From positions 128,001 to 192,000 of the forward strand of contig CAWFGE010000020.1 in assembly GCA_963815195.1 (NCBI GenBank): a stretch of 64,000 bases of DNA. Reading direction: 5' to 3'. Shown piece by piece: positions 31,563 to 43,405 of this stretch; the stretch's first letter is position 1, and each line of letters opens with the position of its first letter. Source of the DNA: an uncultured Planctomycetaceae bacterium. GTDB taxonomy: Bacteria > Planctomycetota > Planctomycetia > Planctomycetales > Planctomycetaceae. The notes beneath the pieces are model-generated. The model ran no database searches and was not told the origin of the DNA. It saw only the letters and a list, made by a program, of their open reading frames with translations. The translations under genes and the position numbers were made by a program.

Positions 31563-34408
31563 ATGCACGGCGTGTTCGCGCGGGCGCGGTTTTTGGCATT
31601 GGGCTTTTCGCTTCGGTCTTGTTGGCCAATGTCCTTGGGGCGGCCGAGGTTCAGAATCAAACGCGACAAAAAACGCCCGCGCATCCCATCGTGCCGGGAT
31701 TTGAACGCTTTGCAAGCACAGACGCGGAAAACGTCCTGCACCCGGGCCGGTTGTTGTTGGGCGAACTCAATTGCGCTTCCTGCCATGAATCACCCAAAAC
31801 TGCATCGCAACTCATCCAAACCAAGCAGGCTCCGATTTTGGATGATGTGGGAACGCGCGTGCGGGTGGAGTACCTGCGGGCATTTTTGAACGATCCCCAG
31901 CACACCAAGCCCGGCACCACGATGCCCAATCTGTTTGCCAATCGGCCCGAAGCCGAGCGCAAGCAGCAGGTGGAAGCCCTGGTGCATTTCCTGGCGATGA
32001 CGGGCAGCGTGAACGATCAGCCGGCCGACTCCCAAAAGATCCGCAAAGGGGAAAAGCGGTTTCACGAAGTCGGCTGCACGGCCTGTCACGCTCCACGAGA
32101 CGGGGCGGTGCTGAAAGACTCCGTGTCGGTGCCCTTGGGCGAACTCTCCCAGAAATACACCGTGCCCAGCCTGACGCAGTTTTTGCTCGACCCGCTCAAA
32201 GTCCGCCCCTCCGCCCGGATGCCGGCCCCGAACTTAAACAAAAATGAAACCGAAGAACTCGTGAGCTATTTGCTCCAAGACCTTGCCGGCTTCGTCGCGC
32301 CCGAAATCGCCAACCTGCCGAAGGTCCCCTACCGTTACTACGAAGGCAACTGGTCGAACCTGCCGGATTTTGAAACGCTCAAGCCGAAGACCGCGAAACA
32401 AGGCCCGGCCTTCAGTGCCAGCGTCACCGAGCGGGACAACAATTTCGGATTGGTGTTCGATGCATGGTTTCTGGTCCCCGCCACCGGGGATTATACATTC
32501 GAAATCACCTCCGACGACGGCAGCGAACTTTTGGCGGACCAGAAGCGAGTGGTCCTCAACGATGGCGCGCACCCGGCCCAATCCCAGCAGGGAAAAACGC
32601 ACCTCGAAAAAGGCCCGCACCAGATCACGGTGCGATACTTCCAAGCCGGCGGCCCGTTTGAGCTTCACGTCAAAATGGGCGGCCCCGGTCTTCCGCTCCA
32701 GCCGCTGGGACCGCTCGTCGCCGCGAGCCGGGAGGAACTTCTCAAAAAAGCGGCGACCAAACCGGACAAAGACAAAGAAGAACCGCGGTTCGTGATCGAT
32801 CCCCAACTCGTCAAACAAGGCCGGGGGCTGTTTGCCAGCTTGGGATGTGCCTCGTGTCACGGGCTCAAGGAAAACAATCAACGGATCCAAACCGCCGCAG
32901 CGACTCGTCATCTGGCGAAACCGCTTCACGAACTCACGGGCACCGGCGGTTGTCTCGCGGCAAAAGCCGAATCGCACGCGCCGTTTTTCTCCTTGAGCCA
33001 GACTCAGCGGGATGCGATTTCCCGGGCTTTGGCCGAACTGCGAGCCACTCCCAACGTCCAACCGAAACCGGAGAATCAAATCGCCGCCACCATGCTGCGG
33101 TTCAACTGTTATGCCTGCCACGAGCGAAACAAGATCGGCGGCGTGCCGCAGGCTCGCAACGAACTGTTCCAAACCACGCAAAAAGAAATGGGCGATGAAG
33201 GCCGGATTCCGCCCGCGCTCGACGGCGTGGGAGCCAAGCTGACGACGAACTGGCTCAAAAAGATTTTCGCCGAGGGCGCGGCCGATCGGCCTTACATGCT
33301 GACGAGGATGCCTAAGTTCGGCCAGCAGAACGTCGGCCATTTGCAAACCCTCGTCGAAAACGTGGACACCATCGAGCCCGTGGAGATTCCCACGATCGAC
33401 ATGCCGCTCCGCCGCATCAAATCCGTCGGCCGCTCGATGTGCGGCGACGAGGTCTTCGGCTGCATCAAATGCCACACCTTCAAAGGCGAACGGGCCTTGG
33501 GCGTCCAATCGATCGACATGTCGATCATGACAAACAGGCTCAAGCACGATTGGTTCCACCGGTATCTCGTCAAGCCCTCGGCATTTCGGCCCGGCACCCG
33601 CATGCCCACCGCCTGGCCCCAGGGCCGAAGCACGCTCCGCGATGTGCTCGACGGCGACCCGCACAAACAAATCGAAGCGATCTGGCTGTATCTGTCCGAC
33701 GGCGGCAACGCCCGCCCGCCGCAGGGTTTGAACCGCCAGGCGATCGTTCTCGCTGCGGACAAGAACGCGGTGATCTATCGCAACTTTATCCAAGGCGCGG
33801 GGCCGCGGGCGATCGGCGTCGCGTACCCCGAAAAAGTCAACCTCGCCTTCGACGCCAACGAAATGCGGCTGGCTCTCATTTGGCAAAACAAGTTCATCGA
33901 CGCCTCCAAACATTGGGTGGGCCGCGGTCCGGGTTATCAAGTCCCCTTGGGCGATCAGGTGCTGAAACTTTGGGACGGCCCCGCGTTCGCCCGCCTCGAT
34001 TCCCCCACTGCCGCCTGGCCGACTCAATCCGCCAAAGAGATGGGCTACAAGTTTCGCGGCTATCGGCTCACCAAGGACAACCGCCCCACGTTTCTGTATG
34101 AGTTTGACAACATCGCGATCGAAGATTTCCCCACGGGGGAAGCGACCGGGCCTTTGCTCACGCTGAAGCGAGCTCTCACGCTCAAGCAAAATTCGTCCGA
34201 TGCGGAAAACCTCTTTTTCCGGGCCGCGGTGGGATCCAAGATCGAAGAAGTTTCCAGCCGGACTTACCGCATCAACGATGACTACCAGGTGCGGATTCCT
34301 TCGGATGAGGAGCCGATCATCGTCAAGATCAACGCCCATCAGGAACTCCGCGTCCCGGTTCACTGGAACGACGGCCGGGCGAAGATCGTGCAGGAAATTG
34401 TCTGGTAA
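31563..34408 (+). CDS. Secreted pentahaem c-type cytochrome with internal PA14 domain (frameshift in the signal peptide near 31615)
   Basis: CASCH, CTACH, CASCH, CYACH, CIKCH; PA14 YTFEITSDDGSEL; ATG 31563 in ORF 31557..31889 joins ORF 31619..34408. Confidence 0.88.
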
Positions 34409-34465
34409 ACGCGTTAGAATGTTGGAGTGGATGTTTCCCGGATTCCTAAATGAGAGCCGGTTCCC

Positions 34466-36814
34466 ATGATTCGCAATGTGTTCCTTGTCGCCCTGTTGTT
34501 CGGCCTGCCCGCGGGGGTCCTTGGTGAAGATGCTCCCGATGTGGACGCATTGATCGCCGACTTGAAGAATTCGGATTTGGAAACCCGGCGGGACGCGGCG
34601 TATGCGCTCGCGGCCCTCGGTGCAAAGGCCAAACCCGCGGTCGCCGCGCTCACGACGGCCTTGGACGACCGGGATGAGCAGGTTTGGTTTCAATCGGTGA
34701 TGGCTCTCGCCCGGATTGGTCCGGACGCGGAGCCTGCGATCGGCCGGTTGATGAACGATCTTGGCAACCGCAGCGCGCAGCGGCGATACCGCTCGGCTTA
34801 CGCGCTCGGCATGATCGGACTTAAATCGCTGCCGTCTGTGAGGAACGCCCTTATGGATTCTTCTTCGAGCGTCCGGGCCTCCGCCGCGGAAGCCATTGGC
34901 TGGATGGGCGAGAAAGGCAGCCCCGCGGTGCCCGATCTGATCTGCCTGTTGGGGGACGAGCGAAGCAGCGTCGCCGAAGAAGCCGCCGGCGCCCTGGCCC
35001 GCATCGGCCCGTCCGCCGAGCCGAGCTTGTCCGATGCTTTGGTTCTCAACGACCCCGTGGTGCGGGCGAACGCGGCCGCCGCGCTCAAGCCGCTTCCCGA
35101 TCTCTCGCCGGAGACGGTTCGCCGGCTCAAGTTGCTGGCCGCCGATGATGAAACGCCCTTGGTCCGCGCAAATGCGCTTGCCGCGTTGTCCTCGTCCAAA
35201 GTGCCCGCCGAGGAACTGTTGCCGTTGATCGCGTCGGCTCTCGGCGACGACGCGGAGTTTGTGCGGGAGTCGGCTTTGATCGCGGTGCGAAGAATCGGCC
35301 GCACGTCGAACGCCGTGGTCCCGCTGTTGGTCGGGATGCTCAAAAGCGACGACGCCAAATCGCGGAGGTCCGCCGCGACCGCCTTGGGACAGATGGGATC
35401 CAATGCCCAGTCCGCCGTGCCCGATTTGATCGCCGCGATTCCCCGCTCGCCCGACGAAGCCGACGAGATATTAAAAACCCTGGGCAAGGTCGGCTCGCCC
35501 GCCGTGCCCGCGCTGCTCAAAGCCGCCCGGGAGGAAACGATCTCGCCGGGACAACTGGCCGTCGCCATGTCCGGGATGGGTCCGCGGGCCGTGAATCCAT
35601 TGATCCAATCGCTGAAAAGCGAGTCCCCCGTGGTGCGAAGCGCGGCGGCCGAGTCTTTGGGCAACATCCGCACATCCGCGGCCGCCGCTCTCGAACCTTT
35701 AAAAGCCTCGCTCAAAGATGAATCCCCAGAAGTCCGCGCTGCGGCCGCGAAGTCGCTGGGCCAGTTCGGCGACAACGCCAAGCCCGCCATCGAAAAACTT
35801 TCCCCGTTGATGAAAGACAAGAACGCCGAAGTCCGGGCGAATGCTTTGCTGGCCTTGGCGGAGATCGGATTGGACGCCGAGAAGCTTACCCCGCTCGTCT
35901 CGGCAGGATTGAAGGATGCCGAGATCTCGGTGCGGATTCGGGCGATGGACGCGTTGGCGGGAATGGAAAGTCCCAGCGACGTGTTCCTGCCGGATTTGGT
36001 CAAAGGGTTAAAGGACGAGAATCCGAACTATCGCAAGAGCGCCGCGAAGGCGCTCGGAAGTCTCGTCCCGCCCGCGAAAGCCGCCGTCCCCGATTTGGCG
36101 AACGCTTTAAGCGATCCCGACGCCGAGGTGCGAAAGTCGGCGGCCGAATCGTTGGGCCGGATGGGATCGGGCGCCATCGCCGCGGTGGAACCGTTGACCG
36201 GACTCTTCCAAGATCCCGCGGAACCGGTGCTGTTGGCGGCACTCGAATCCGTTTCCCAAATCGCACCCGCGGCAAAGGCGGTCCGCCCGAAACTCGCTCC
36301 GCTTTTGGGCCATAAACAACCGGCCGTTCGATTGGCGGCCCTCAAATGCCTGGTGAAGGTCGAGAAGGAATCGTCCGTGCTGGTGCCGGCGCTGACGCAA
36401 TCGCTCAAGGATGACGATTGGACCGTCCGCAAAGAAGCGGCGTTCTCTTTGGGCAAACTGGGACCGGACGCCAAGTCCGCCGTGCCCACATTGTTCGCCT
36501 TGTTGGACAGCGAGCAGGATCAAGATGCGGCCCGCGGCGCGCTTCGCGAGATTGATGCGGTCGATCCGGATGCTCTGCCGATTTTGCTCGAAGCCCTCAA
36601 GACCGGCGAAGGCCGCAAGCGGTTTTATGCGGTGTTCTTCCTGAAAAAACTCGGCCCCGCCGCGAAGGCGGCGCTCCCCGAACTCAAACGGCTGCAAAAT
36701 GACGACAGCGGCCGCTTCCGCCGGTTCCTCGACGATGCCGTCCGCGACATCGAAGCCGCCCCGGATAAGGAAACCACCGCGGCCATCGCGGAAAAACCAC
36801 CCCGGGAGGAATGA
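34466..36814 (+). CDS. Secreted HEAT-repeat protein
   Basis: Signal peptide followed by many AVP.L...L.D....VR..AA.ALG repeats. Confidence 0.93.
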   Translation: MIRNVFLVALLFGLPAGVLGEDAPDVDALIADLKNSDLETRRDAAYALAALGAKAKPAVAALTTALDDRDEQVWFQSVMALARIGPDAEPAIGRLMNDLGNRSAQRRYRSAYALGMIGLKSLPSVRNALMDSSSSVRASAAEAIGWMGEKGSPAVPDLICLLGDERSSVAEEAAGALARIGPSAEPSLSDALVLNDPVVRANAAAALKPLPDLSPETVRRLKLLAADDETPLVRANALAALSSSKVPAEELLPLIASALGDDAEFVRESALIAVRRIGRTSNAVVPLLVGMLKSDDAKSRRSAATALGQMGSNAQSAVPDLIAAIPRSPDEADEILKTLGKVGSPAVPALLKAAREETISPGQLAVAMSGMGPRAVNPLIQSLKSESPVVRSAAAESLGNIRTSAAAALEPLKASLKDESPEVRAAAAKSLGQFGDNAKPAIEKLSPLMKDKNAEVRANALLALAEIGLDAEKLTPLVSAGLKDAEISVRIRAMDALAGMESPSDVFLPDLVKGLKDENPNYRKSAAKALGSLVPPAKAAVPDLANALSDPDAEVRKSAAESLGRMGSGAIAAVEPLTGLFQDPAEPVLLAALESVSQIAPAAKAVRPKLAPLLGHKQPAVRLAALKCLVKVEKESSVLVPALTQSLKDDDWTVRKEAAFSLGKLGPDAKSAVPTLFALLDSEQDQDAARGALREIDAVDPDALPILLEALKTGEGRKRFYAVFFLKKLGPAAKAALPELKRLQNDDSGRFRRFLDDAVRDIEAAPDKETTAAIAEKPPREE

Positions 36815-36820
36815 GGAATA

Positions 36821-36964
36821 GACCACGAAACACATGGAGGGAAGAGGGACCACGAAACACACGAAAGACACGAAAAAGGCCCATTGCTTGTCTTCCTCAA
36901 TCAGTTTTTGCCAATCCTTTCGCATCGCCCACACCCGGAATTTTTTCGTGTGTTTCGTGGTCCC
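36821..36964. repeat. ACCACGAAACACACGAAA-type inverted repeat element, family F
   Basis: Perfect 21-bp IR gggaccacgaaacacacgaaa (36846-36866) / tttcgtgtgtttcgtggtccc (36944-36964), plus a partial copy at 36821-36834. Confidence 0.88.
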
Positions 36965-37169
36965 CCTTCTTCCGAAGTTACTGAAATTGTAAGTCGAAAG
37001 CGGAGGGGTGGCTGGGGCGCACAGGATTGTTCCGCGGAAAAAGGGATTAGAGACCTGGGGCCGTGTGAGGTTTTTCTCCCCCCGGCCATAGCCCCAGAAT
37101 TCGCAATTCAAGCGTCATTCCTAGGCGAATTTGCGCCCCAGCCACCCAAACGCTTACAGTGTGTAGAAG

Positions 37170-38672
37170 TCATAATCCGCTGCGGACGGCGGGCATGTTG
37201 TCCGCGAAGGGGGCGCCGTTACGCTTGAGTTCCGCAATCGCGGCTTCGCGCATGTGTTTGAGTTGGCTTTGAAACGCCGGCTTCACGGCGAGATTGTCGA
37301 GTTCGTTCGGATCTTTTTTGAGGTCGTAAAGCTCCTCGAGATCGTTTTCGATCAACGGCCGCACGTATTTGTATTGGCCTTCGCGGAGCATGACGTACCA
37401 AGGTGTCGCCGAGTGCCACGCCGCTTCGCCTTTGGGAATGGGGTTGGTGTCCGAGCCGTATTTCTGGCCGGTCGCGGTGAGCAGCATCGGATAAGGCCAA
37501 TCGGCACCGGGGTTTTTTAAGAGCGGCGTCAAATCGTGGCCGTGCATTTTCCACGGGAGTTCCACGCCGGCGAAGCGGAAGATTGTGGGCACCAAATCCA
37601 CGCCGCCCACGGGCGTCTTGCAGACAGCTCCTTGGGGAATCTTTCCGGGGAAGCTGATAATCATCGGCGAGCGGATGTTGGAATCGTACCCCGCGACCTT
37701 GTGCCGATACCCATGCTGACCCCAGGCAAAGCCTTGGTCGGACGTAAAGATAATCAGCGTGTTTTCCCGTTGGCCGGATTCGTCGAGCGACTTCAAAACT
37801 TTGTCGATGCCCTCATCGATCGCCCGCACGCCTTGATGATACTGCCGGACCCAGGACGTCAACGTGCGGTTCTGCCACATGGGGGTGTCGTTTTCGCCCT
37901 TCTTCCAGAAGTCGACGGTCTGCGCCCAATCCGGCTTGCCGGGCCGGGGCGGGAAGATGTCGGCGGGCGTGGGAACTTCGATGCCCGGGTACAGCGACTT
38001 GTGCCGATCCGCCGGGGTATAGGGGCTGTGGACCGCTCCGTAACAGAGCCAGAGATACCAGGGCTTGTCCTGGTCGCGGCCGTTGCCTTTGATGAAATCC
38101 GTCGCCCAGTCGGTGTATTGGTCGGTCGAGTAGCGTTTGAGCATTTTCGTCTCGCCGCCCTGATAAGTAATCGGCTGGTCGTAGTAATAATGCTGGCTGG
38201 TTTCGGGATGTTTGGGGCGGTTCCAGACGATCTGAAAATCCCAATCCCGCCCGTAGCCGGTATCGACGCCCGTGTGCCATTTGCCGATCTGGGCGGTGAA
38301 GTAGCCGTTCTTGCGAAACACGCTCGGCCAGAACCGGCACTTTTCGGGATCGTAGGCGCTGCCTGGATATTCGCCTTCCATCCGCATCGACTCCACGCCG
38401 AACTGATGATGCCCCGTGAGCAGCGTCGCCCGCGAAGGCATGCACCACGTGCCGATGTAAGCGTATTCAAACCGCACCCCTTCGCGGGCCAGCCGGTCGA
38501 TCGTCGGCGTCTTCGCCCAAGGGTAGGCTTGGGGATAGCAGCTCACCGTGCGGTAGGAATGGTCGTCGGTGTAGATGAACAGGATGTTCGGCCGCTTGTC
38601 CGCCGCCTGCGCTTTTGCGGCGTTCCCCAGAACCGCGAACCAAACCAAGACCCACACAGAAAATCGCAACAT
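37170..38672 (-). CDS. Cys-type (formylglycine) sulfatase
   Basis: RPNILFIYTDD, CMPSRATLLTG, IGKWH, FTSDQG, ELYDLKKDPNELDNLA. Confidence 0.93.
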   Translation of the reverse strand: MLRFSVWVLVWFAVLGNAAKAQAADKRPNILFIYTDDHSYRTVSCYPQAYPWAKTPTIDRLAREGVRFEYAYIGTWCMPSRATLLTGHHQFGVESMRMEGEYPGSAYDPEKCRFWPSVFRKNGYFTAQIGKWHTGVDTGYGRDWDFQIVWNRPKHPETSQHYYYDQPITYQGGETKMLKRYSTDQYTDWATDFIKGNGRDQDKPWYLWLCYGAVHSPYTPADRHKSLYPGIEVPTPADIFPPRPGKPDWAQTVDFWKKGENDTPMWQNRTLTSWVRQYHQGVRAIDEGIDKVLKSLDESGQRENTLIIFTSDQGFAWGQHGYRHKVAGYDSNIRSPMIISFPGKIPQGAVCKTPVGGVDLVPTIFRFAGVELPWKMHGHDLTPLLKNPGADWPYPMLLTATGQKYGSDTNPIPKGEAAWHSATPWYVMLREGQYKYVRPLIENDLEELYDLKKDPNELDNLAVKPAFQSQLKHMREAAIAELKRNGAPFADNMPAVRSGL

Positions 38673-38752
38673 GATCGCCTCGCCGCTTTAAGGAAGACTT
38701 AGAAACTTCTCCCCCATTCTGCCGCGGGTTCCGCGCGATCACAAGCGACCTG

Positions 38753-40081
38753 TTAGCCGACGAGTTCGCGGATGGGCCGCGGGCCGTCGGGCATAATCGT
38801 CACCGGCCGCTCGCGGACATCGCGGACGTAGCTGTGCGGATCGATGCCCATCAGGTGATAAATCGTGGCCAAAATGTCGCGATAATCGACCGGGCGGTCC
38901 TCGGCGTACGCGGCCGTCTTGTCGGTGGAACCGATGACCTGTCCCGCGGGCACGCCGCCCCCGGCAATCAGCGCCGATTGCACGGGAGCCCAGTGGTCGC
39001 GGCCGGCGCTTTTGTTAATCTTCGGCGTGCGGCCGAACTCGCCCCAGACAACGAGCGTCACGTCTTTGTCCAAGCCTCGCTCGTAAAGGTCCTCGATCAG
39101 CGAGGCGATGCCGGCGTCGAAGGTGGGAAGGTGCTTTTTCAGATGGTTGAAATTGTTGCCGTGGGTGTCCCAGAAACCATACGCCACGGTGACCACGCGC
39201 ACGCCGGCTTCGACGAGCCGGCGGGCTTGGAGGAGCTGCTCGTTCCACAGTGGGGCCCCGTCGCCCAGATGCTTGGACGTGCCGTTTTTGTACTTTTCGC
39301 GGACTTTGGCGTCCTCGCGGGACAGGTCCAAGGCTTCGACAACTTGTGAGGACGTGAGCACCTTAAACGCTTTGCGGTAGCTTTCATCCACATCGGCGAG
39401 CACGCCGGCGTCGGCCGACTGGCGGAACGTGTTCAAGGAATCCAAAAGTTTTTGGCGTTTGTCGAACTGGGCGCGTTCAACATAGCGGAGCTTCATGCTG
39501 GCGATGTCTTCGCCGTCGGCCCGGACCTGATGATATTTGCTGCCCAGATACCCCGCGCCGGTGCTGTTGTAGGGGCGGTGCTGCATCGTGGGGAACAAAT
39601 CCACGAACGGCGGCACGGTGGGCTTCGTCGGGCCTTTGACCTTGGCGATCACCGATCCGAAATTCGGATAGCCTTCCCGCTCGGTGTCGCGCATGGATTG
39701 GCCCACGAGACTTTGAAAGCTGGAATGCTCGTCCCGCTGGCCGACGACCGAGCGAATGATCGAGCAGCGGTCCATCACCTGGGCGAGGCGGGGCAGCTTT
39801 TCGCTGATCTGAATCCCGGGCACGCTCGTGGGGATCGGCAGAAACTCGCCGCGAATCTCCGGGGCTGCCTCGGGCTTCAAATCGAACGTGTCCTGGTGGG
39901 AAATCCCTCCGGAGAGGTACACCATGATGACGGCTTTATGCTTGGACCCGCCGGCCGCTTCCTCGGCGGCCAGCAGTTGCGGCAGAGTCAACCCACCGAC
40001 CGCGAGGGTGCCGGCTTGGAGAAACGTCCGCCGATCGAGGCCGTCACAGTAACGATATTTCGCACCAGGGAGGGAAAGCAT
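38753..40081 (-). CDS. DUF1501 domain protein
   Basis: [57 protein letters not shown]. Confidence 0.93.
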   Translation of the reverse strand: MLSLPGAKYRYCDGLDRRTFLQAGTLAVGGLTLPQLLAAEEAAGGSKHKAVIMVYLSGGISHQDTFDLKPEAAPEIRGEFLPIPTSVPGIQISEKLPRLAQVMDRCSIIRSVVGQRDEHSSFQSLVGQSMRDTEREGYPNFGSVIAKVKGPTKPTVPPFVDLFPTMQHRPYNSTGAGYLGSKYHQVRADGEDIASMKLRYVERAQFDKRQKLLDSLNTFRQSADAGVLADVDESYRKAFKVLTSSQVVEALDLSREDAKVREKYKNGTSKHLGDGAPLWNEQLLQARRLVEAGVRVVTVAYGFWDTHGNNFNHLKKHLPTFDAGIASLIEDLYERGLDKDVTLVVWGEFGRTPKINKSAGRDHWAPVQSALIAGGGVPAGQVIGSTDKTAAYAEDRPVDYRDILATIYHLMGIDPHSYVRDVRERPVTIMPDGPRPIRELVG

Positions 40082-40596
40082 GGCAGGGTCTTTCGAGTGA
40101 ACGTTGGGGTCTCGATCCTATCGACACGGCAGGAGCTACATTTTACCTAACTTCCCCGCGGCCGGGCAATCGTCGCCTTCAAAATCTGGCTCTTCCGGCG
40201 AATCGGGGGGCGGACGCTGATGATCTTTTTGTGCGATGATCAACCACCGATTTCACCTCCCTTTGGGCCCTTTGGGGAGGTGAAAGAGCGCGGACAAGAA
40301 ATGTTTTAGCACCGTCGTCGTTCCGCCTGATGATCCAGAAGAACCAAAATTTTTGCGCAAGTTTCGCGGCGGTGCGCATTGTTATTTGTAGGAACCCTGC
40401 CCGCGGGGGTTGGCCGGGCTGATGCGGGCAATTTTGGTTAATCCTTAAAATTCCCCCAAATTTATTTCGATAAAGGTCGGCTGCGGTTATAAAATAGGAA
40501 AAAACGGCCCGGACAACCGCTGCGCCGGCTGTGAGAAGATAACTGTTTGAAATTTCACTAGAATCCACTCTGCCGTCCCGAATCTGGGAGTTATCC

Positions 40597-43405
40597 ATGT
40601 CAAGTTCTTGGACCCACCGAATGCCCTGGCACGGAGCCATGTTGTTGGCTGTGTTGGGGTTAGCACCGCTGTTTGCCGCGGGGTGCGCCGCTCCCGTGAG
40701 CCGATCCCAGGATGGGGAATCGCATCGCCCGCTGGACATCTCGGCCTACGAAGAGCCGGGCGGCGAAACTTACCTCGCGGTCTCGGTGAAGCTGCCGGAT
40801 TTGCCGCGCGGTGAAATCTCCCGGCACGACCATGTGCTGTTGGTGGACACCTCCGCGAGCCAGGTCGGCGAGCATCGGCAGCAGGCTCTTGCCGTGGCGA
40901 AAGCCTTTGTGGATTCGCTTCCTGCTGGGCATCGCGTGGCCGTGTATGCGGTCGATCTGCAAACTCAGGCGTTGACGGAGGGCTTTGTGCCGGTTCGCGG
41001 GACGGAATCCCAAGCCGCGCTGGCCAAGCTCGATCGCCGGCTGCCGTTGGGGGCAACGAATCTCGCCGGGGCTCTCCACCGGGCGCTTTCGGACGTGGAA
41101 AACGGCGAATCCTCGTCGATTCTCTACATCGGCGACGGCATGAGCGCTGCGAACCTGCTGCCGGCGGAAGAATTAGACGAACTGGCGAAAACGCTCCGCG
41201 ACCGCAAGCTGCCCGTGCACAGTTACGCGGTCGGGCCTGCGCACCGACTTGCAACTGCTCGGAGCGCTGGGTCAGCAGACCGGCGGCTATGTGCAATTCG
41301 ACATGGCGAGCGAGCAACTCGACGCCCCCAGCCGCGTCGGGGAGCAACTCGCCAACGCGGTGACGGCTCCGATTTATTATCCGAAGAGCATCGCTGTCGA
41401 GCCGGCGGACTTGAAGGTGCTGCCGAACGCGGCGCTGCCGCTGCGGACGGACCGCTCGACGGTGTATCTCGGCAAAGGCCGCTTGACCGGCGGCGTGACC
41501 GTTCGCGTGGCGGGCGAGGGCCTGGCGGAAACGCTGTCCGTGCCCCGGTCCGGCTTTGAAACCGGTCAGACATTCCTCCGCAACCAATATCAACAGGCCG
41601 AGAAGTCCGACGGCCTGAGCGTGGCTTATGCCGGGAACCGCCTGTTGCGGACGGCTCAGGCGGGGTTTGACAATCAACTCGCCGCGATGGTCTCCGCGGG
41701 CGAACGGGCGGTCGCCATGCACCAATTCGATCAGGCCGAGGAAATCGGGCTGGCGATCAAAGACGCCGATCCGAACAACGCGGGTGCCCAAATGCTGTTG
41801 GGGGCCGCCCGCAAAGGCAAGGCCCGCACGCGGACTGTCGCGTTTCAGAACCAGCCGAGCCTGCTGGACGATCCCGCGGTTCAACAACAACTCGGCCAGC
41901 CCGCCGGTATCGATCAAACCCTGCCGCCGGCCGGTCAAAGTCTGATTCCCAATGTCGTGCAGGCACAAAATATCCGGACCCAGCAACTCACGCTGGAAGT
42001 CAACCAGGCGATCGAAGAAGCCGACAACTTGTTCCGCACGGCACCGGACGAAGCATTGGAAACCCTCAAGTTCGAATTGGGCGCCGTGCAGGATGCCACC
42101 GACATCATCCCCGAAGCCCGCGCTCAACTGCTCCGCCGGTTGCAGTCGAAGCAGTTGGAGATGCAAACCCGCAAGCGGCTGGTCGAGCAAAACCAGATCT
42201 CCCTCGCCGAGCGGCAGGCGGCGATCGAAGCCCAACAGCGGCTGATCGATCTCGCCGGCGAGGAGGAACTGGAACTCGAGCGGCTGATCGACAAGGTGCG
42301 GGCCCTGATGGAAGAAGGCTACCATGGCAACGACGACGCCTTTTTGGAAGCGGAAGCCGTCGCGAATGCCGCCGTCGATTTGCAGCCCGGCGAAGGCACA
42401 TCCTCGGCCGCGCTGTTTACGTCCGAAGCCGCTTTGCAGTTGAACCGGGCCTTTCGGCTGCGGGCTCTGCGGGCGGACAAGTTTCTGGAAGTGCTGTATC
42501 AAGTCGAACTCTCCCACGTGCCCTTCCCGGACGAGCCGCCCGTCCTTTGGCCGCCGGCTCCGGTGTGGAGGGCCTTGACGGAGCGCCGGAAAAAGTGGGC
42601 CTCGGTCGATTTGCACAAAAACAGCCCCGCCGAGGAAAAAATCCAAGCCGCGCTCATCAATCCGCGGGGCGTGGACATCGAGTTCATCGAAACGCCGCTG
42701 AAAGACGCGATGGAGTTCATCGGCGATGCCAACGACATCACGATCATCATCGACGAGCAGGCCCTCACCGAGGAAGGCGTGGCCATCGATGAGCCGATCA
42801 ACAAGATTCTCTCCGGGATCACGCTGCGAAGCGCCCTCAAAATCATCCTGGAACCCTTGGGCCTGACCTACATCATCGACGATGAAGTCATGAAGATCAC
42901 CACGATCATTGCCGCGGACGAAAAACTCACCACGCGGGTCTACCCGGTGGGCGACTTGGTCATTCCGGTATTGAGCGGGCCGATGGCCTCGATGATGTTG
43001 GGGGGAGGCATGGGAGGCATGGGCGGCATGGGAGGCATGAGCGGTATGGGAGGTATGATGGGAGGCGGGATGGGAGGAGGAATGGGAGGCGGAATGGGAA
43101 TGGGAGGAATGGGCGGCATGGGAGGCGGAATGGGCATGTTCAACATCGCCCCCCAGCCCATGCCCCAACCTCAGAAAGCGAAAGCCCCGAACGCCAAGGC
43201 TGGTGCCCAAAATGGCCAGGCCGCACCTCGCGGGCGGCGGGCGGCCGATCCCGAAATGGAAAACCTTTTGAACCGGATCCTGGATCAAACCTCGTCCCAA
43301 ACCGCTCCGGAAGACTTCCAACCGCAGTGGTTCGCCCAGATCCAAGACGGCGGCTTCCGCCTGGACAACAAAGCCGTCGAAGCCCTGAAAAAAAAAGTGA
43401 CGTAA
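40597..43405 (+). CDS. Large lipoprotein: VWA (MIDAS) + helical region + secretin-type N (STN-like) domain + Gly/Met-rich linker (indel near 41240)
   Basis: Lipobox FAAG-C (Cys codon 40684); VLLVDTSAS MIDAS at 40846; IEFIETPLKDAMEFI...ITLRSALKIILEPLGLTYII...TRVYPVGDLV; ends LKKKVT* just after an A9 run. Confidence 0.8.
43000..43140 (+). repeat. Low-complexity coding repeat (GGM)n
   Basis: ggaggcatg/ggcggcatg units encoding GGMGGMGGM. Confidence 0.85.

Noticed and set aside
40082..40596. ORF 40179..40739 in the divergent spacer
   Set aside because: AT-richer promoter-like region with no protein features; it overlaps the start of the real plus-strand gene.
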